The translations under genes were made by a program, and so were the position numbers. 64,000 bases of DNA from Camelus ferus. Lineage: Eukaryota. The stretch lies in NCBI RefSeq assembly GCF_009834535.1, contig NC_045696.1, positions 13,890,001-13,954,000 of the forward strand, in the 5' to 3' direction. Positions 24,922-37,643 of this stretch are shown here, piece by piece. The number at the start of each line of letters is the position of its first letter. Position 1 is the stretch's first letter. The notes under the pieces are model-generated. The model was given only the letters and a program-made list of their open reading frames with translations. It ran no database searches and was not told where the DNA came from.

Positions 24922-25919
24922 CATAACTTTTATTTTAAGTGGAAGGACCAGTGTAGCTGACTTCTAATGGGTTCTGCTTACAGGCATCTCTGATCGTCTT
25001 ACACTCAAATTTACCTGTTGAAAAATGAAAACCGTTTTTAAAAGATAAAATACAAATATTCCTGCCCTCTTTCAGACATTTATTCAAATCAAATTTTATT
25101 GCTTATCTTTATTAAAAGTTTTTATTTTTTTTTAAGAAACCAAACATCTTTTGAATCCTATTAAATGTGATGGCCTCCAGCTGAACAGATGGCTCCAGTT
25201 CTTTGACTGCCATTATCTTTTACAGACATGCATGGCCAATGTCCTACCTCACTTGCTCTTGGTGCCGCATTTAGCAGTGTGTTACTAAGGTGGTGGAATA
25301 TGGTGATAGGTTTCACCTCGCATCTGAAGTGAAGATCATTCCCTGGATGCTGGATGGATCATTTAACCAGTGGAGGCTAGTGGAATTCCTCAATCTTCAG
25401 TTGGCTTGTCAGCTGATAAATACTTCTGACTCTTCTAGGAGGACTGAAAAATACCCAACTCCTTTTCTGTTTTCAAAGCTCACTTCTCAAATCTCCATCT
25501 TGAAATTTTTCAAAGATGTGCCTAAGCTGGAAAAAAGTCTTAGCCAACCAGAAAGGGAGTCCAGTAACATAGTCAACTCTATGCTCTTTCTTGTTTTGTT
25601 TGCTTAAGTTCAGCACTGTGGGCAAAACAGAAACAGAGCCTAACTAGGAACCTACCAAAGAGATGCTAGTGTGTGAAACCATGGATTACAATGTCTGATT
25701 TCTTACACTGATAAAGATTCGTTTTAGTATATTATGATGGAAACAACATTGAATTACAGCCACTTACTTTTGGCTATTTCATATCTGATCAAAGGTATGA
25801 CTAGATGGCAGCTAAAGGTCCTGATAATTGCAAAATTCTCTGACCCCAAGGTAAAATTCATATTCCAATAATTCAGTCTCCATGAGTTTTCAAATGACTA
25901 CATTTTTATTTACTTTTGC

Positions 25920-26052
25920 TTGTTTTTTAATTAAAGAAAGTATAGTTGATTTACAATGTTATATTAGTTTCAGTGGTACAACTTAATGATTTAATATTTT
26001 TATAGATGATATTCTATTTAAAGTAATTATAAAATATTGGTTATATTCCTGT
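25920..26052 (-). mobile_element. Short L1 3' end
   Basis: AAGTATAGTTGATTTACAATGTTATATTAGTTTCAG...ATAAAATATTGGTTATATTCCTGT. Confidence 0.75.
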
Positions 26053-26186
26053 TCCTTGACTGCTTGTGAAGGAAGTTACATTCCGTCCCTAGTGAAGTTC
26101 AAACAAGATTCAAGAAGCACATGGTTAATTTGGTTAGAGAGGATACTGACAACAAACATTAAAGAAATCATCTATTTCTTGGAGAG

Positions 26187-26728
26187 TGTATTGGAGTTCT
26201 CCAGAGAAACAGAAACATACATGTGATGAATGTATATAATGGATATGTGAGTGTATATATACACAGATAAAATGTATATCTTTATACAAGATATGTATAT
26301 ACACACACACACACATTTATATATAACGTGTAGGTATATCTTGAGTGTGTGTTTATACAGAGACAGAGAGAGATTTATTCTTAAAAACTGGCTTATGTGA
26401 CTGAGTCTGAAATCTACAGAACAGACCAACAGGCTAGAAATTCAGCGTGATGAGGCAGTCTTAAGTCAATCCTATAAAACGGCTGGCTGGAACCTCAGGC
26501 AGGGTTTCTATGTTGAAGCCTGAAAAATTTCTTCTTCAAGAAATGTCACTCTTTGCTTTTAAGGCCTCTAACTGATTGGATGAAACTCACCCACATTATG
26601 GAAGGTGATTTGCTTTACTCCGAATCTACTGATTTATATGCTAATTACAACAACATCTGGATTGGTGTTTGACAAACAACTGGAAATCATGGCTGAGCCA
26701 AGTGGAAACACTAAAGTTAATCATTACA
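26187..26728 (-). mobile_element. ERVL solo LTR, MLT2-type
   Basis: TGTATTGGAGTTCTCCAGAGAAACAGAA...GAGAGATTTATT...ACTGATTGGATGAAACTCACCCACATTATGG...AAAGTTAATCATTACA with TG..CA ends. Confidence 0.85.
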
Positions 26729-27740
26729 GATGGTTACCAAGGCATTAAACAATATCTGCAAATCAGGTATCACCAGGCGTTAAACAGTGTTAGCAAACAA
26801 TGCCTTCATCAGAAAATCGTGATTATTTGTCACTCTACTATGTTCTCCTTTTGTTGGTTTAGTATTTGTTTCCATAATATTGATGATATAGAATTTTTGG
26901 AAATCTCAGTATCTTTGAGTCACCTGCATCAAGTCATGTTTAATGTCACAAGCTTTAAAACCTCAACAGCACTTACAGAGAAAAAAAATTAAGAGGCTCT
27001 TGGCACAAGTGTTTTGCAAAAGTAAAGCACCATATGGGAAAGACATCCATCTTATTTACAAATACAAGAGGGAATGTTTTAAAATATTCACAAACCAGTG
27101 CTATTCAATATAAACTAAATCTATATATACTCTAAACCTCATCATAATGTCTTTACTTACCAAAAAGTACAAATTAATTTCCCATAATACTGAAATGTTT
27201 ATTATAATAGTTTAAGAACTCTAGACTTTGAAATATGAAAGCTATGAATCTTTGTTACATAGGAAGACATATTTGTTAAGATGTGCTTGTTCACTTAAAG
27301 TTGTAAACTATATTTGCCATTTGCCGTAGAATGTGAATTTTCCCTCGCTATGCTTGTGATTATTCAGATCTAAACTATGACATCACTGGATTAGCTATCA
27401 TTCCCTCACTTCAGCAGGTGAGAGTCCTGGAGACTTCTTTGAAACTAAAAACATACAGGAAAGTATTCCTAGTTCTTTTTTTAAAAGCAGGTAAAATAGA
27501 TTAGACAGTCTAATGACTAATTATTGAACGCAACGTAGAACCTCAATTTTCTCTCTTAATAAAATAACAATAGTGAAAAACACGCAACAAGCATTTTACA
27601 TGGGCCAGACATTGCGCTAAGCATTACACATGGGGAATAAGTTCTCCTATTTGATTCACAGTAGTTCTGTAATAATTTATATCCTCTTACAGATGAGCAG
27701 AGACTACATATCATCTTAGCTTTATCTGAGTCTACACTCT

Positions 27741-28186
27741 TTTTATTTTTTAATTTTTAGTTTTTTTATTTTTTGTGTATATATATTTTTTATTGAAGTA
27801 TAGTCAGTTTACAATGCGTCAGTGTCTGGTATACAGCCTAATGCTTCAGTCATAGATGAACATACATATATTCATTTTCATACTCTTTTATACCATAAGT
27901 TAGCACAAGATATTGAATATAAGCCAGAAGGAGAAAGAAAAATACCATATGATATCACTTATATGTGGAATCCAAAAAAAAAAAAGCCAAATGAACTTAT
28001 GTACAAAACAGAAACAGACTCACAGACATAGAAAATAAACTTATGGTTACCAGGAGGGAAGGGGTGGGAAAGGATGAATTGGGAGTTCAAGATTTGCAGA
28101 TACTAATAGATATAAAACAGATTTAAAAGAAAGTTCATACTGTATAGCACAGGGAACTATATTCAATATCTTGTAGTAACTTATGT
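27741..28186 (-). mobile_element. 5'-truncated L1 with a 5' inversion (twin priming)
   Basis: 27741-27921 is an L1 3' end on the minus strand and 27922-28186 is the upstream 3' UTR on the plus strand. Diverged TSD TGAGTCTACACTCT (27727-27740) / TGAATCTACATCCT (28187-28200). Confidence 0.85.
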
Positions 28187-30509
28187 TGAATCTACATCCT
28201 TAATCGTACTGCTTCAGTAATAAGAAAGATGGATAAGATGGCTGAGAGTGTAGAGAGTAAAAGATTAGAGGAAGGATAAACAATGAAGAAATATTAGAAG
28301 AACAAAGGGAGAAATTTTGGAATAATTAGGGTTGGAGTGTGCTCAGGACCTACTTTTGGTTCCAGTTATCCAATTCTGTTGAAACTAAACTTTAATTAGA
28401 CTGTTACCTGTGTATGATTGAACCAAATCAGAAAAATCCATACCTAAAATCTACTACAAATTCATGACCCCCTAGGCTTCCATGATACCAAAAATGTTCT
28501 ACATTACTTAAAAGAAAAAAACAAAATCTTCCATCCTGATTCTCTACCATTTTACAAATCCTTGAATCCTTCCTTAATAACTTCCTCTTCTTTTGATTCA
28601 ACTGAACTCCAAAGAGTTGAACTTCAGATCCATCTCAAGTAACAGTTCTCATGAAGGCTTTCTAGCTTTTCTGACAAGATTCCCTTGGTTCAAATATAGT
28701 TGTCAACTTCACACTATTTTGAGTCAACCCTGAAAATTATTTTAATTTCTAATTTGCATGCCATGCAAAAAATGCTTTATAAACATACAAAGTCATAAAG
28801 AAGCAAGTTCAGGACTCCTAATTGTCAAAAGCAAGGTCATATAGGAGAGGCCATAGACACAAACACTAAGAAGTTGAGAAAATTTAGTTCAAAAAGTATT
28901 TTTAGGTAAAGAGAGATCAAAGAAAAGGATTTGGAATAGCACAGAAGTTAGATGGGAAAGAAAGAAAGTAGAAGGTGCAGTATGTATCAAACAACAACAA
29001 AAGCAACCGTATGCCAGGAATTTTACATCGACAAACTAATTCAATTAATTTAACAAACAAGAAATGCATGTCATTATCATTCTCATTTTCCAGATGTAGA
29101 AGCAGAGACAAAAAAAAAATTTAGCAACTTATGTAAGGGCACTTTTATAAGTAATGGAATTAAGATTCAAGTTCAGGTTTGTTTTACTCTAAAATTAGTC
29201 TTTTCATTTACTCATTCATTCTATTCATTTCTTATGAGTTTCTTACACAGAATGGGTATTTTATTCATTGTGAGCAGATGAGTTGATCCAGAGATAACAT
29301 AAACAAATGAATGTTTAATGAATAACATCTGAATTATTAGTATCAAATCCATTCCCAAATTCTCCCAAATTCTGACTCTGTCAGGAGCTAGAAATAGATT
29401 TCTGGATGACAAGAACTGTATTCTGACCTTACGTTGAATTTGGATTCTGCTTCTTTGAGATAACACTTAGGTCTTAAATGGAACAGCTAGCACAAAAGAA
29501 AGATCTTTTCTCAGCACATTTCTCAAGTTGTACTCATTGCTTTATCTCGCAAGGGATGGGGAGAAACTATTTATTGTTTGGACTTTAAAAAAAAATCTTG
29601 CTTGGGGCTCCAAGTTTTGATAGAGACCAAGAATGGAAAAAAGAAAAAAAAAAAAAAGAGAGAGAGATAATGGAGAATCTAACTATAACAATGATTTCAA
29701 TATCTGGGGCACCTGGCTTGCATATCCTCCAGAAATTCTATATCTCACAGCTACATGGTATTCTTTGGGGGAAGCAGGATCAATGTATTTTCACACCAAA
29801 GAAAACTGACTAAAGACACACAGAACACACTAAAATAAATATAGGCACTTGAACCTGATTTTTGTGCTAAGTTAAGCAAACCATGGTAAAATAAGCTGAA
29901 ATCTTTCTATTCCTTTGTGACATCCTAGAAAGAGATGATCCAGAAAGTAGGAAAAATAAAATGTGTTCTGAGAAAGGGAGAGGAAGAGAAGGGGAGAGGT
30001 GGGAGGGAAGAGAGAGAGAGAGAGAAAGAGGATTTCAGAAGTAACAATTTGCAGATTTCTTGTAGTAGCATTGCTTGTTGGTGAATTAAAAAGCTTTTGT
30101 TAGTGATAAATGATGGCTTCTGAAGGTCTAATTTCTTGGAAATTGACAGGCAGCTCCTGAGTTAGGAGACGTGAAATTTCCTTAGTAATCAAGTGCTTTA
30201 AAATTAGTTGTTTGAGAGCTTAGAAATGTGTCATGCTGACTTGTAGACCTCTGAACACAGATTGTTGAGAATAAAATGAACTGACCTCTCCTGGAGAAAA
30301 CAGTAGGACTGTCAAGGAAGCCACATTCATCACTAGTGGTAGGAAACATCCCAGATCCACAGCCCCAAGCTCACAGTCTCATCTTCTGGATAGACAAATG
30401 AGGAAGGCACTCCTAAGTGGGCACAGGATGGCTGGAAGTTTCCCTGGTGGCCAGAAGAAACTTGGTAGACACTGGGCATAGGGAGTCACTCAGTTCTTGA
30501 GAAACAAGG

Positions 30510-30655
30510 ACCCCCACCTCTTTTGACAATAATGACCTCACTATAACTTGATTATGTCTCTAAAGACTTTATTTTTACAATACAGCCATATTATGAGGTA
30601 TTGAAGTTAATACTTCAACCTATGAATTTTGGAGGGCACAGTTCAAGTCATAAGC
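30510..30655. mobile_element. MLT1 (MaLR) LTR terminal fragment
   Basis: AATGACCTCACTATAACTTGATTATGTCTCTAAAGAC...TGAGGTATTG..TTCAACCTATGAATTTTGGAGGGCACAGTTCAA. Confidence 0.7.
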
Positions 30656-33600
30656 AGAGACAAGTAGTCATTAAAAGTAGAAAAAGAGGCATTGTACAAA
30701 GTTGATCAGCTATAGTTTCCCAATTTCAGCTTTCTTTGGGTTTAGTGAGGAATTGGAGTGAATTTTCCCCTTTATAAAGACATCATCAGGGGTGGTATAC
30801 AAAGAAAACATCCTGGTAAAGTCCTCTGGGGTCTTACTAATCAGTTATCTAATTAAAATAAAATTAATTTTCCCCTGCAGAGACATGGCTGAATATGTTT
30901 TATTCATTTCCTTAAGAGACACGGATCATTCCTTTCTCATTTATAGAATGAAGGTGGCTGTTTTCACTGCCAGTAATGCAATAATCACCATGCAACACAG
31001 CAGGGCCCCCTGCCACCTCCCACTCTCTGCCATCTCACATTGACAAGATACCTTGCTCTTTTGTTTCTGTTTCCTGAGGTGCCAGGCAGCAAAATCTCAG
31101 TTCATGAAGCAATAATCACATATTTTCAACTGTCAAACTGTAAAAATAATCAAGTCAATACTGAGTGCCTGTATTCATCTTTTTAATAAATGCTACTGAA
31201 AGTCCTCTGCAAACCAGACACTGAGAAAAGGACATTATCCTTCTCATCTAGGTCCTTCCAGTCTGGTGGATTAAGATGTGATGTACAAAGCTGAAGATTC
31301 CTAAAGCACCCTGCAGGAAACAGATTAATGCTGTGGAAGTCAGATGTGGACAGTCATGAGCACAGGTTCACCAGGGTCCCAGCTGCAAATCATCTTGAAA
31401 CTGTTTACTTTCATGAAAAAGGCATTCCTGCACTGAGGTTTCAACATTTAAAATGGGAGCTGGAAATTTTTCATTCAATGATTTCCAATCTAAAATTAAA
31501 CCAAATAGCAATACAGCTAATTGCATTTCAAGCATTTTAAGAGAAATGAGCAGAAATGTTTAACTACTCTTGAAAATAAACACAGAGAAGCATCCATTTT
31601 CCTCCATCCATGAAACAAATAGAAATATTTCCTTGAGAGTGTCACCAGTTCAGAAAGCTAAGCCAAGATGGATGGCAAATGAAATAGAAAGGGGAGAAAA
31701 GAGAGAATGGGGAGGAGAAAAAGGAGAAATTAAGAGATGGATGGAAATGAGAGAGAAAGGGAAGTTAGAGAAGGAAAGATAAAAGAAGAGACAGAGCACG
31801 TGAGCACAACAGGAAGCCATTCAGTTAGGAAGTCATTCATCACTGGCTTCGAGCTGCTGACTAGTCCCGTAAAGGTTTAAAGCAGTGCTTTCTCCACAGG
31901 ATTGTAGCTGTCATGCTGTTATTTTTAATCAACGGTATTCTTTGAAATTCCAAGTTTCTCATTTAATCAGAAACATTTTACTCTTTTGCCAAAGAATGGC
32001 TCAGACGATAAAAATGTACTTAAGAGTTTTATAGCTGGGATTCTTAAATTTGATTCCTCAGCACCACATGGGAAGTGTTTTATTTATTTGAGCAGAGATT
32101 TACATATATTCCTTCCTAATTGCCAGGCCATGCTCTGGATATTTTGCACGCATTTCCTCCTTTAATGCCCATAGTAATCCAACGAAGGAGGTACTATTAT
32201 TCCCACGTCGCAGATGAGAAAAGCTGGGCAAGAAGTGCTCGGGTCAATGGCACAAATAACCGTGCTGAAAAAGCAGGGCCAGAGTCTGCATCCCAGGGTT
32301 CTGACAGCAGAGTGTGCTTTATTGTCTGCCTTACGTTGTTCCTTAATGGCAGTGGAGGTTCCCTCCCCAGAGCAACTCGTTGTGCTGGTGGGACTCTGAG
32401 ATCTATGTTTTAATTCACTAGAGTTCAAAATCTTGAGTGATGAAACATACCCCATTCCACAGTGCCCTGAGATTACCTTATGTGTTCGTCTTAAATTCCA
32501 AGTCTTTAAAAATCAATCAAATCCTGGTATGAAGATAAGTTTAAAAGTCAATATCGAGAAAGATCACAGGACAGAAAGAAGGAACCCTGTGCCTAACAGT
32601 TTCCTGGGAATAAATGGGCTGAACTAAGGTTGCAGCCCTCTAACCACTCTTATCAAGACCTTAGTCTACTCTGACACCAGCAAATGTTGCCAGAACCAAA
32701 TTTTAGCGTCATAGAATTTAACGATGAAATGGTATAATGAATAAACTGAGTTAAACAATTTACACCTCAAGTTAAGCAAGAAAACCAAAACCAAAACCCT
32801 AGATTAAAAGTTTCCCAGGTGTCAGAGCTCTCTCCAGTTGTCTCCAACAGACATTGGGATCTCATTGCCTCTGCCATGTCTGTGCTTCCAACCATCCACC
32901 CACTGCCATGTTCAACCAACTGAGCACAATAAAACAAGTTCACTCCAGAGATAACTGGGCTCCATTCCAGTCTAGAGCTCCTGCCTAATTACAAGGGTGA
33001 ACAAACCCAGGAAACAAAGAAACCTCAAGTATCCTCTATTTTGAAGCCTCTGAAAATCCAGAAGCACCTTGGAATAAACTCTTCCTCTTTAGCATCCTTT
33101 GTTCTGCTCTCCCCTCCATGTAGTCCTTATGCTTATCCACCCCCAACCTGCCTACCCCCACCTCTGGAGATGAAGATCAAGGAGCAGAAAGCTCACTCAA
33201 CCCTAGGTTACCTTCCAGTGGTTAGACGAACAAATGCAGAGAGAATGCAAAGCTGCCTTCTGTGAAGCTACTCACCATGCCTTCAACCAGCAGAGATTTT
33301 GGGTAAAGAGAAATGAGGCAGGGGATGGTGACACCCCAAGATCAGCAAGAGTCCAAACCTTTACAAAGCAGCAGGAGAGGAAAAGTGCTCACACACACGT
33401 CTCCTTCTTGTTCTCTTTCCCCCATCTCACTGCTTCCCACTAGTCCAAAACTTGATACCAGCTGATAAATCCAAGCCCATGGGTCTTACCCAACCCATAA
33501 CTTCTAGTGGAAAAACTTCGAAATCTGCTAATAGATATTGTCAACCCTCACTCAGCTACCCAGTCAAAGAAAGAACAAACAAAAAGGAGCTAATATTCAC

Positions 33601-36600
33601 AGAGCCTCTTACACTCTTTATTTCATTTAAGATATCTGCTGTCTAACTTCTCATTACAGTCAATAGACATATATTCATGGAATGCCTACTATATGCCAAA
33701 GATTGCTTTAGTCTCACTCATATATTCACATGCCATTCATATGACTTTTAACTAAAACATCCTTTTTATTCTGCCTCCCAATTGTAGCTATCATAGTCCT
33801 TCAAAACTGCTGTTCTTCTTGTCCGTATTTATAGTGAATCATTAGTAGTCACCATGAGGCCATCACGGTGTCACTGGGTAGTGACAGGCAGCCTTTGTTT
33901 AATCCCTAAGATGCTGCATCTTGCAGGATGGATATTAATGCTACCAAATCCATCTTCAACATTCCCAAATACAGCATCTGTCACAGCTATTATATTTGTG
34001 CAGTGGCAAGAAGAAGGGGTACAGCATATTATTAGCAGGAACTGCCCATTACAATAGAATGATGATGTTATAAACAGAAAACAGATTTCCTTTTCGCTCT
34101 TTTTAATGTTATGCTTTGTATTCTTGGAAAGACAATTCCTGTACAAAAGTGGTTGCACTTGTCATGCATGTAGTATGATTTTAGATGTCTATGAGCATCT
34201 CTTATGGCCTCCTGGCTAGATGTTAAACCTTTAACTTAACAATGATAGTACAGTCAAATCACACGTGGAGCAACCTGGAAAGGAATCAATCACCTGGGCT
34301 TTTTAAAAATTATGAATTTATTTTTAGGTTGGTTCGTGGACATTACTGATTTAAGTCTTTGCCCAGTATATAAAAACCAACTCAAATTCTTCTGGCATAT
34401 AGAGCATTTTAAATCAGAGGATCACAGAAGTGAGGTGGTCCAGTTGAGTTGTAATTTGTCTCATAACTGATGTTTTATATTCTAATTCATCAACACAGAT
34501 GCATGATATTTTCCTATTAAATGTGGAAGACTATCCTTCAAGTACACAGGGGAATTTGTTCTCACAATTGCCTTAAACTCCAAAGTCTATCGCTCACTGC
34601 TCTGTTGATGATAGAGACATTAACTAGCACAACAAAACAGTAGTGCAGGCTTGCTGACTACTGGTGACTGAAATTAAGGAGTGGTTGGAGTGGTTGGGAG
34701 TTAGAGGAAGCCCACCCTGGAGGCATGGAGCAGCTTGTATCCAGTTCCAAGCAACAGCAAGCAAAACAGCCCGGTGTCACCAGATTTTCAGAAATTTTGA
34801 AAGGCACAAATCCACATTTTATGTGAATTCTTTTGATTTTCAAATATTAGCAACTAATCTGGAGTTTAATAAAAATCCTATGGAGACCTGTAGTTTGCAA
34901 TAAACAAACCTATGTGGGCTGGATTTGATAGAGAAGCTGAGATTTTGTGATCTATTATTTCAACAGCTATCACTGATGACCACATTGATGTCAGGAGGGT
35001 TAGAGAGGTCATTGCAGCTTGGCAGGACAGCCAGAAGGATCTGTCACTATAGACACATTTTGCTGACTTCATTATTTTTATAAAGACGGGTCCTGCCTTG
35101 AGTTGGCCATAAGCCACTCTTATGATAAGGCAACTATTTTCAAGAAATTGTTTGGAAAACAGAGATTTCAGAAAGGTGTGGCCTTCACAGCATTGCATGG
35201 ACTAGGACTTTTATCCCGGTGGCTGGGAGCCCATAGGAAAAAAATTTAGAATTTTTAAAGATCGTGAGATTAAGTTTTTGTTTAAAATCTAATAAACTTA
35301 TCATACAGCAAAATTTGAGATGAATGAAGCAGAACTAGCATTTTTTGTTTCTTTTGCCTGATATATCCTTTACTTTTCCCTTTTCTGTTTCCTTATATTT
35401 AAGAAGAACTATTTTAAATAGAAAATAGTTTTGATTTTCAGTCTAGTCTGAAATTCTGAGTCTTTTTTATGGATGATTTTGTCGTGTTTGATTTAATTGT
35501 TGGTAAGTCAGATTCTACTTACATATTTACTGTTTTGTTGCTATTTGATGCATCTTTTATGGTCCTTTTTGTCCCCTTTCATGCTTTAGAAGGGGCTAAG
35601 AAAATGGTTTAATGCTATAATTTTACTTTTTCAATATATTTGCTAAGCTTTTAATTTTTAAGCAATTTCTTGAGATTTTAACAATCATCCTTAATTACTG
35701 TTTACTCCTACCTATATACTGAGACTCATTTTATTAGTATTGTGCACAATGAGTATTTAGACAAAATTTACTTATATTTCAGTCCTCTTTTTCCCCTCCT
35801 GCAATTCCAAGTTCTCCTCTGAGATTATTGGTTTTTTTTAAACTGGAGAAAATGCTTCAGTTTTCATTTTAGTTCAGATTTGCCTGAAATGGAAATCTCT
35901 ATAAAAAGAAGATATTTGGATATTTAACAGTGGAAAAATAATCTTAAAGAAGTAAAGTAGCGGAAAAGTATGTTTTGCTGTAAAAAAGAAAACTATATGA
36001 AAGAATCTGAAGGTAAAAATATCCGAAGGTACTGCTTGATTGGAGTTGTTCCAGAAGAGCAAGCTCTATAGAACATTTTAAATATAGGTGACAAAAAGAA
36101 CAATGTAGATATGAAAAATCATAAACGACACTGATACTGAATATTTTAACTTAAATTACACAGAGATGGAAAACCCCATAAAGTCACTACTTATATCCTC
36201 TTGCCTCTAAAAGACTCCTCTTTGAGTCTTTTCACATATGCTCAAAGTGGTGTACCCTGAGTCTCTGTTAGACGTCCTTTGTCATTTTGCCTCCAAACAC
36301 TTGTCCTGGTTCTCTCTGTGATCCACCATATTTCTTGTTCAATTTATCTGACCTATCTTCCCCTTTCCAAAGAATTTGAGAAGATACTGTGTAATAAAAT
36401 ATATAAAAATTATTTTATAAATTTAGGGAAAGAAGATCATTGGTGACAAATAGGATGTCTCTGTTCCACTGACAAAGAAAAAATTTACTTTGTCTTAATC
36501 CCTGCTCTTACAATTAAGCACCAATCACCAGCCAAAATATAGAGTCAAATGCACAAAGAATCCTGGCCAAGGAGAAAAATAGGGGATTTCCTGGTCATGA

Positions 36601-36800
36601 TGAGATGGCATTAATGACATATAGTCATAGAATTTCTGACATTGGAATAGGTCATTAGCTTAGCGCTTTAACAACAAGGTGAATTCACTCATAAATATGA
36701 AATGAAAGGAATTTTTCATCTGCAATTACAGAAAATACTGTGAATTACACATTTGGAAATGAAAGATTACAAGCATGAGAAAGGTAAGTCTGTAGAATGC

Positions 36801-36826
36801 CACACCCACGGCTGAAAGTATAAAAA
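36801..36826 (+). promoter_or_regulatory. Core promoter of the 36904 gene: CACACCC box (36801-36807) and TATAAAAA (36819-36826)
   Basis: TATA starts 85 bp upstream of the ATG. Equivalent motifs occur in the paralogues. Confidence 0.8.
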
Positions 36827-36903
36827 CACCCCAGTCCAGGAGGTGACATTAAACCTCAGAATCTTCTCATTGTCACTCATTTGAACTCACACCTCCTGTC
36901 ACC

Positions 36904-37419
36904 ATGTCCTACAACTGCTGCTCTGGAAGCTTCTCCTCCCGCTCCCTTGGGGACCCACTGCTCTACCCAGGCTCCGGCTGTGGCTCCTCCTACCCCAGCA
37001 ACCTGGTCTACACCACTGACTGCTGCTCTCCCAGCACCTGCCAGCAGGACTCCTCTCTTTACAGCGGCTGTCAGGAGACCTGTTCTAAGCCTATCAGGTG
37101 CCAGACGTCTTATGTGGTATCCAGCCCCTGCCAGACATCCTGCTACCGCCCAAGGACCTCCATGCTCTGCAGTCCCTTCCAGAAAACTTACGCTAGGTCT
37201 CCAGGCTCTGGGTCCGGAAGAGGCTGCTCCCTGGGCGCTGGGTCCAGAAGCTGCTACTCACTGGGCTTTGGGTCCCATGGCTTCAGACCCCTGGGCTGTG
37301 GAGTCTGTGGCTTCCCTCCCCTGAGCCATGGATTCGGTTTCTACCTTCCAACCTACTTTGCCCCTAGGAGCTGCCAATCATCCTGTTACAGACCAACCTG
37401 TCGGTCTGGCTTCTATTGA
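36904..37419 (+). CDS. KRTAP13-1: Keratin-associated protein 13-1-like, intact, 171 aa
   Basis: Full KAP13 architecture MSYNCCSG..YPSNLVY..CQETC..CQTSCYRPRTS..GSRSCYSLG..PTYF..RSCQSSCYRPTCRSGFY*, with Kozak CACCATG, TATA and AATAAA. Family is certain; the -1 suffix is inferred from the C-terminus and from divergent orientation to the 13-2-like copy. Confidence 0.93.
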   Translation: MSYNCCSGSFSSRSLGDPLLYPGSGCGSSYPSNLVYTTDCCSPSTCQQDSSLYSGCQETCSKPIRCQTSYVVSSPCQTSCYRPRTSMLCSPFQKTYARSPGSGSGRGCSLGAGSRSCYSLGFGSHGFRPLGCGVCGFPPLSHGFGFYLPTYFAPRSCQSSCYRPTCRSGFY

Positions 37420-37637
37420 TCAGCTTGTTGAGAATTCAGATGCTTTGAGCAATATGTCTAACCTCTAAACAGAGCATTTATCAACTTCATGATCTTCAGG
37501 GGTAAAGAAGCTCTGATCAACTGCTCTTCACCTTTTGTCCAGTCATAAAATACTGGCCAAAACTCTGTAACATATACTAAGCTCAATGTTCTCAATGTTT
37601 AATATTACTGGATGAATTAATGGAATGAATATAATCT

Positions 37638-37643
37638 AATAAA
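37638..37643 (+). terminator. Polyadenylation signal AATAAA
   Basis: About 220 bp after the stop, followed by a T/GT-rich downstream region. Context is conserved in paralogues. Confidence 0.8.

Noticed and set aside
29900..34100. Repeat-poor spacer between the divergent gene groups as a shared enhancer or ncRNA
   Set aside because: Plausible by position, with an isolated CCCGTAAA near 31866, but nothing can be supported without conservation or chromatin data.
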